DNA of 64,000 nucleotides from an uncultured Bacilli bacterium (GTDB lineage Bacteria; Bacillota_I; Bacilli_A; RF39; UBA660): NCBI GenBank assembly GCA_934162425.1, contig CAKPIS010000001.1, positions 158,034 to 222,033 of the forward strand, read 5' to 3'. Shown piece by piece: positions 59,432 to 64,000 of this stretch (position 1 is its first letter; each line of letters starts with the position of its first letter). The notes under the pieces were generated by a model. It saw only the letters and a program-made list of their open reading frames with translations, ran no database searches and was not told where the DNA came from. The position numbers and the translations under genes were made by a program.

Positions 59432-60277
59432 TTAATATCTTTTTTCATTTATAACATCATTTAATGCCTTAACCATATATCCCCTACTTGTTATTGTCTT
59501 TAAAATTATATTTATCTTAGAATTATCAAAAGTATCTAAATCATATGATATAATTGCACCCTTAACTAAATTTTGTCTTAATTCTAAAATAGATGGATTA
59601 ACCATAGTAGGAAGAATAGTTAGCATTTTCTTTTTTTTACAAACCTCTTTTTCATAATCATTTTTATCTTCATTTAAACAATACTTAGAATCTTTTAACG
59701 TAATACTTTCTATTAAATTATTAGATTTATTAATACTCTTTTTATCATATTTACCATCATAACCTAAATTATAGATATCATAACCCATATTTGTCATTTC
59801 AAAGGCCTTTTCTATATTATCAGAAAGCCATGATGCATCAATAAAAAAATTTATCTTAATATCTAATTTATTTATATTATCTAAAAAACTATTTAAGTTA
59901 TTTTCATTTTTTACTTTAAATATTATAGCTACACTCTTACTAGTTACATTACCTTGCTTAATATAATAATTATAATTTTTAGTAATAGTAGTATTTGGAA
60001 GCTTATCTTTGTATACTATTTTATCTTTATCAAATTTATCATCCATATTTTTATATGTTGATTCTTTATCTACTATTAATCCTGAATATCCTAAAATAAG
60101 TTCATCTTTTTTTATAATAGGTTCTTTAGGTTTAATATCATATGAATTTTTATATTTAACAACTTCTTTCATAACACTATTATTATCTTTAGCTGTTGTA
60201 AATACTTTTTCTGTATAAACAAAACTAAATACTAATAAAAGTAATATTCCTATTAATTTACAAGTTTTCTTTAGCAT
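59432..60277 (-). CDS. Secreted hypothetical protein, possibly a divergent polysaccharide-deacetylase-like fold.
   Basis: 281 aa with a signal peptide. Weak resemblance only. Confidence 0.3.
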   Translation of the reverse strand: MLKKTCKLIGILLLLVFSFVYTEKVFTTAKDNNSVMKEVVKYKNSYDIKPKEPIIKKDELILGYSGLIVDKESTYKNMDDKFDKDKIVYKDKLPNTTITKNYNYYIKQGNVTSKSVAIIFKVKNENNLNSFLDNINKLDIKINFFIDASWLSDNIEKAFEMTNMGYDIYNLGYDGKYDKKSINKSNNLIESITLKDSKYCLNEDKNDYEKEVCKKKKMLTILPTMVNPSILELRQNLVKGAIISYDLDTFDNSKINIILKTITSRGYMVKALNDVINEKRY

Positions 60278-60329
60278 TTTAAATCACCTAGTAAATATTA
60301 TGAAAATATAAATTAAAAAGACTATAATT

Positions 60330-62042
60330 TTACTTATAGTCTAGTATTTTCTTATGTATTCCAGGTTCTACAACATCTAATGTATTAATACTAAGTTCAA
60401 GTGATTTTTTATATTCTCCATCAAAGAATAACTTTTCTGCCTTAATTAATCCTTCATTAATTGAAGGTTTAGAAGAACGATATCTATTACCATAAACAAT
60501 AGCATATTCAGATAAAAGAGATAATTTAACCATATCATTAGTAGTATTATGAAGTTTAAATACTAAATCTCTTGCTGTATCAACGCGTACATTTAACGTA
60601 TCAACATCTATTGGCTTTTTATCCAACTCTTTTTGTATTTCACTAATAGCATCACGAGCTTCACCTAATTCTACATAATAATTATCAGGTATAACAGGTA
60701 CTCTATTTTTTCTTATTTGATATTTAGATTGTTTTAATAATAATTTAATATCTTCTAATTGATTTTTAGCTCTTTCTTCATCTTCTTTTAAGTTACTTAC
60801 TCTTTGTAATAACGTATTAGCTTTTTCATGAAGTTTAGAAAGCTTTAAATTAATTATTTCAAGCTCTGCATTTAATTTTGAATATGCAAACGTATGATTA
60901 TTATCTAACACCTTTAGCTTTTCATAATCTTTATTAATATCATTTAACTCGTTAGTAAATAATTTAACACTCATTAACGTATCATCATTTAAATTATATC
61001 TACTTTGAATTTCAGGAACTTTATTTACAACATTTTGTAATATCTTATCAACTTGTTTAATCTTTTTATCAAATTCTTTTTTCTGTTCTTCATAATATTT
61101 TCTAGTTATTTTTTCAGTTTCAAAATCATTAAATAAAGAATCAAAATAATCAAGTATCGTTTTAAGTTCAAATGTTACATCTTCTAAATTAAGAACTCTT
61201 ACTCTATCAAATATCATATTAACTTTTTTCTCAGTTTCAACTATGTTATATTCAACGTTTAAATAATCTAGTCTGTAACCTTCTCTAGTAAGTTTAATAT
61301 ATTCATTAGATACATCTTCTGTTCTTTTAGGAATAAGACTTTTACCCATAAGCATAATTTCAGGTATTTCATCTATTACGATTGTCATATGATCTATCAT
61401 TTCTGTTAAACCTTTAACTACGTATATAACTTCTTCATAGTCTTTTTTATCCATAACAACTTCAAATTCTTCAAATCTTTTTTCTATATTTTCAAACTGA
61501 AGTTCTATTGTTTTTTGAGTTTCCTCATAGTCACTTTTAGCATCTTCAAATCTTTTCTTAAGATTTCTATATTTTGCTTTAAGTTTAGTAACGGTTGCTC
61601 TATTTCTTTCTTCACTAGATGTTATTTCTTTTATTTCACCAAGTATATTTTTTATCTTTGTTTTAATCTCACATAATTTTATTTCTATTTCAATTATTTT
61701 TTGATATATTTCTTTAGCTTTTCCCTTTTCTACTAAAAAATCAGCTTCTATTAGCATATCATTTATAGTTGGTATAGTTTCATTTTCTATTATATCTATT
61801 TTAAGTTTCCAAGTATCATACTTTTCTTCTAACTTATTATTTTTTACTAAAGCTTCTACCTTATTTAATTCACTTAAAACTGGAACGTTTATAAGTAAAT
61901 TCTTTTCTTTTTCAAGGTCATTAATCATTTTAATTATTCTTTTTTTTCTCTTATTTTTATATATAATTAAAAATGCTAAAGTAATTATTACTAATAATAT
62001 TATTATAGTTGCTATATATAAACCTTTAGTCATATTAGTCAC
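60330..62042 (-). CDS. ezrA: Septation ring formation regulator EzrA.
   Basis: 570 aa. Single N-terminal TM then an extended coiled coil. Divergent from rpsD as in Bacillus. Confidence 0.7.
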   Translation of the reverse strand: MTNMTKGLYIATIIILLVIITLAFLIIYKNKRKKRIIKMINDLEKEKNLLINVPVLSELNKVEALVKNNKLEEKYDTWKLKIDIIENETIPTINDMLIEADFLVEKGKAKEIYQKIIEIEIKLCEIKTKIKNILGEIKEITSSEERNRATVTKLKAKYRNLKKRFEDAKSDYEETQKTIELQFENIEKRFEEFEVVMDKKDYEEVIYVVKGLTEMIDHMTIVIDEIPEIMLMGKSLIPKRTEDVSNEYIKLTREGYRLDYLNVEYNIVETEKKVNMIFDRVRVLNLEDVTFELKTILDYFDSLFNDFETEKITRKYYEEQKKEFDKKIKQVDKILQNVVNKVPEIQSRYNLNDDTLMSVKLFTNELNDINKDYEKLKVLDNNHTFAYSKLNAELEIINLKLSKLHEKANTLLQRVSNLKEDEERAKNQLEDIKLLLKQSKYQIRKNRVPVIPDNYYVELGEARDAISEIQKELDKKPIDVDTLNVRVDTARDLVFKLHNTTNDMVKLSLLSEYAIVYGNRYRSSKPSINEGLIKAEKLFFDGEYKKSLELSINTLDVVEPGIHKKILDYK

Positions 62043-62128
62043 TCTCCTACTATATAATTTATTTTAACACATTTTTTGATAAATTGCATCATATTATGTA
62101 AAAAATTAATAGTAAGATTTTTTCTTTA

Positions 62129-63022
62129 TTATTTATTTTTTAATATATACAAATTCCCTTCATTTTTAGTATGTTTATTAGTCATATTAAAAAGATCATT
62201 TTTATTTTTAAAATCATATAAATTATTAAACGTAGCATTTTTAATTAAATCAAACATGTATATAATTCCATAATCATTTAATACATCATGCATATCTTTT
62301 AAAATACAATTAAACTTTTCTTTATCAAATACATAAGACATAATATTACTTAAAAATATACTATCAAATTTTTCATTTTTAACTTTTTTTGATAAAGAAT
62401 CTATATCAGAGTCAAGATACTTAATATTAGCATCAAATATATTGTGCTTTAACTTATAGTAATTGTTTGAATTATTATATGGTGTGTATCTAAAATCACA
62501 ATCATCATATATAAATAATGACTTATTAACAGCACCTGAAAAATTATCTGGTAGTTTTATAGCAGAAAAATATTTATCACACTCTATCCAAAATAATATT
62601 TCATCATAACTTAAATAGTTTTTAACTTTATCTATAATATATCTTTCAAATACATTATCTTCTTTATTATCGTTTTTAAGTTTCATTAAAGTGGTAATAA
62701 AATCTTGATATTCTAATGCTTTTATCATAGATACTTTTAAATTACTATATAATTTAGTAAATCTATTAATATCAAATGAATAAATATTAGTAGCACCTTT
62801 TAAAATAGCATATAAAGCATGATCTGCTGATGATGTTACAGTAAGTACTTTTTTGCCCTTTAAACTATCTATTTCATATTCATGTAAATTTTCATTTGTT
62901 TTAAAATAAATCTCATCAAAAGAATAAAAAGGTGTTGTATTATTTTCATTTTTTTCTTCATCTTGTGTATGATATATCATTTTTTTATACGTATTTAAAT
63001 CAAAATCCATAATTATTCCCAC
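62129..63022 (-). CDS. DUF3419/BtaA-like putative SAM-dependent enzyme.
   Basis: Motif KKVLTVTSSADHALYAILKGATNIYSFDIN resembles the DUF3419 nucleotide-binding block. Confidence 0.3.
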   Translation of the reverse strand: MGIIMDFDLNTYKKMIYHTQDEEKNENNTTPFYSFDEIYFKTNENLHEYEIDSLKGKKVLTVTSSADHALYAILKGATNIYSFDINRFTKLYSNLKVSMIKALEYQDFITTLMKLKNDNKEDNVFERYIIDKVKNYLSYDEILFWIECDKYFSAIKLPDNFSGAVNKSLFIYDDCDFRYTPYNNSNNYYKLKHNIFDANIKYLDSDIDSLSKKVKNEKFDSIFLSNIMSYVFDKEKFNCILKDMHDVLNDYGIIYMFDLIKNATFNNLYDFKNKNDLFNMTNKHTKNEGNLYILKNK

Positions 63023-63272
63023 CTAGCAAATGATATGCTAACACATTTTGAGTTAAAAATCCAGTATTTGATTGACTTTACAGTAAATTTTATGTATAAT
63101 TATGATCGTGTAAACTTTAAAGCAGCACTTTTTGAATTTAATAACGTGTTTGTTGCATGTTAAGTTATATTAGTAATCTTTATTAGCTGCAAAGATGAAA
63201 ATATTAAAACAAACTCCCTATTAAATGGCAAAAAAGTCCTTTAGTTTACAAAACAAAAAGGAGGAATAAGAT

Positions 63273-63878
63273 ATGTCAAGATATACAGGACCAATGTATA
63301 AGAAAAGTCGTCATTTAGGATTTTCTTTATTAGAAACTGGTAAAGAACTTGCTAAAAGACCATATGCTCCAGGACAACACGGTAATGATAAAAGACGTGG
63401 TAAAGCTTCTGAGTATAAACTTCAATTAATGGAAAAACAAAAAGTTAGATTAATGTATGGAGTTAATGAAAAACAATTTAGAATAACATTTGAAAACGCA
63501 GCTAAAATGAAAGGAATTCAAGGTGAGAACTTCTTAAAACTTCTAGAAAGTAGATTAGATAACGTAGTTTACCGTATGGGTATTGCTCAAACTAGAAGAG
63601 CTGCAAGACAAGTTGTTAACCATGGACATATTACTGTAAATGGTAAGAAAGTTGATATTCCATCATATAGAGTTATGCCTGGTGATGTAATTGCTGTTAA
63701 AGAATCATCACGTGATCATAAAGCTATATTAGAATCACTTGAAAAGACTAATAAGACAGTAGATTATGTTGAATTTGATAAAAAGAAATTATCTGGTTTA
63801 TTTGTACGTATGCCTGAAAGAAGCGAACTTCCAGCTGATATTAAAGAATCTATGATTGTTGAATTCTATAATAAGTAA
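63273..63878 (+). CDS. rpsD: 30S ribosomal protein S4.
   Basis: [37 protein letters not shown]... 201 aa. Confidence 0.95.
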   Translation: MSRYTGPMYKKSRHLGFSLLETGKELAKRPYAPGQHGNDKRRGKASEYKLQLMEKQKVRLMYGVNEKQFRITFENAAKMKGIQGENFLKLLESRLDNVVYRMGIAQTRRAARQVVNHGHITVNGKKVDIPSYRVMPGDVIAVKESSRDHKAILESLEKTNKTVDYVEFDKKKLSGLFVRMPERSELPADIKESMIVEFYNK

Positions 63879-63884
63879 TATTAA

Positions 63885-63920
63885 AAAAAGCCAACCTACA
63901 AAAGGTTGGTTTTATTTTGC
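63885..63920 (+). terminator. rpsD intrinsic terminator.
   Basis: AAAAAAGCCAACCTACAAAAGGTTGGTTTTATTTTG. Confidence 0.65.
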
Positions 63921-64000
63921 ATTAATTATTTAGATAATCTTTTTAATAAGTGCTTGTACTTAATAATTGAAATTAACATAGATATTCCCATATACATAAA

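Overview
This is an extremely AT-rich (roughly 25% GC) chromosomal segment of a walled, spore-forming low-GC Firmicute that looks Clostridia-like. Sporulation markers are a pro-sigma-K gene, a SpoIVFB-like site-2 protease and a degenerate-M23 SpoIVFA-like partner. The conserved block radC-mreC-mreD-spoIVFA-spoIVFB-rplU-prp-rpmA...obg is present, but mreB and minCD are absent from it. Almost all genes are on the minus strand. The backbone is conserved housekeeping genes: topA, rnhB, rbgA, lepB, rplS, trmD, rimM, hemW, lepA, obg, trmB, rpmA/prp/rplU, yqeG/yqeH, ileS with a T-box leader, sepF, efp, rpmG, a PBP2-type transpeptidase, mtaB, rsmE, ezrA, rpsD and one tRNA-Arg(CCU). Lineage-specific material is interleaved with it. 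The most striking item is a tandem array of four paralogous WG/KWG-type beta-repeat proteins (24.2-30.2 kb). Each paralog has its own near-identical sigma-A-like promoter, RBS and terminator hairpin. All four share conserved N- and C-terminal modules and differ in repeat number, and one carries a fresh 102-bp tandem duplication. The array sits where spo0B normally lies between rpmA and obg. A second accessory island (49.8-55.6 kb) encodes an orphan Flp-type pilin, an 813-aa DUF285/BspA-like surface protein with a ~0.63-kb internal duplication, a DUF192 protein, a sortase and a fifth WG-repeat protein that is membrane-anchored. Other oddities are ORFan insertions inside otherwise universal operons (rimM-trmD-rplS, rbgA-rnhB, lepA-hemW, rsmE-mtaB). 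TrmD has a ~150-aa C-terminal extension. A novel NS(K)YH-repeat protein is translationally coupled to the SpoIVFB-like protease. There is a stand-alone Clp D1-like AAA+ domain protein. There is a decayed RhuM-family pseudogene region and a second pseudogene remnant. No CRISPR array, rRNA, transposase or integrase was seen.
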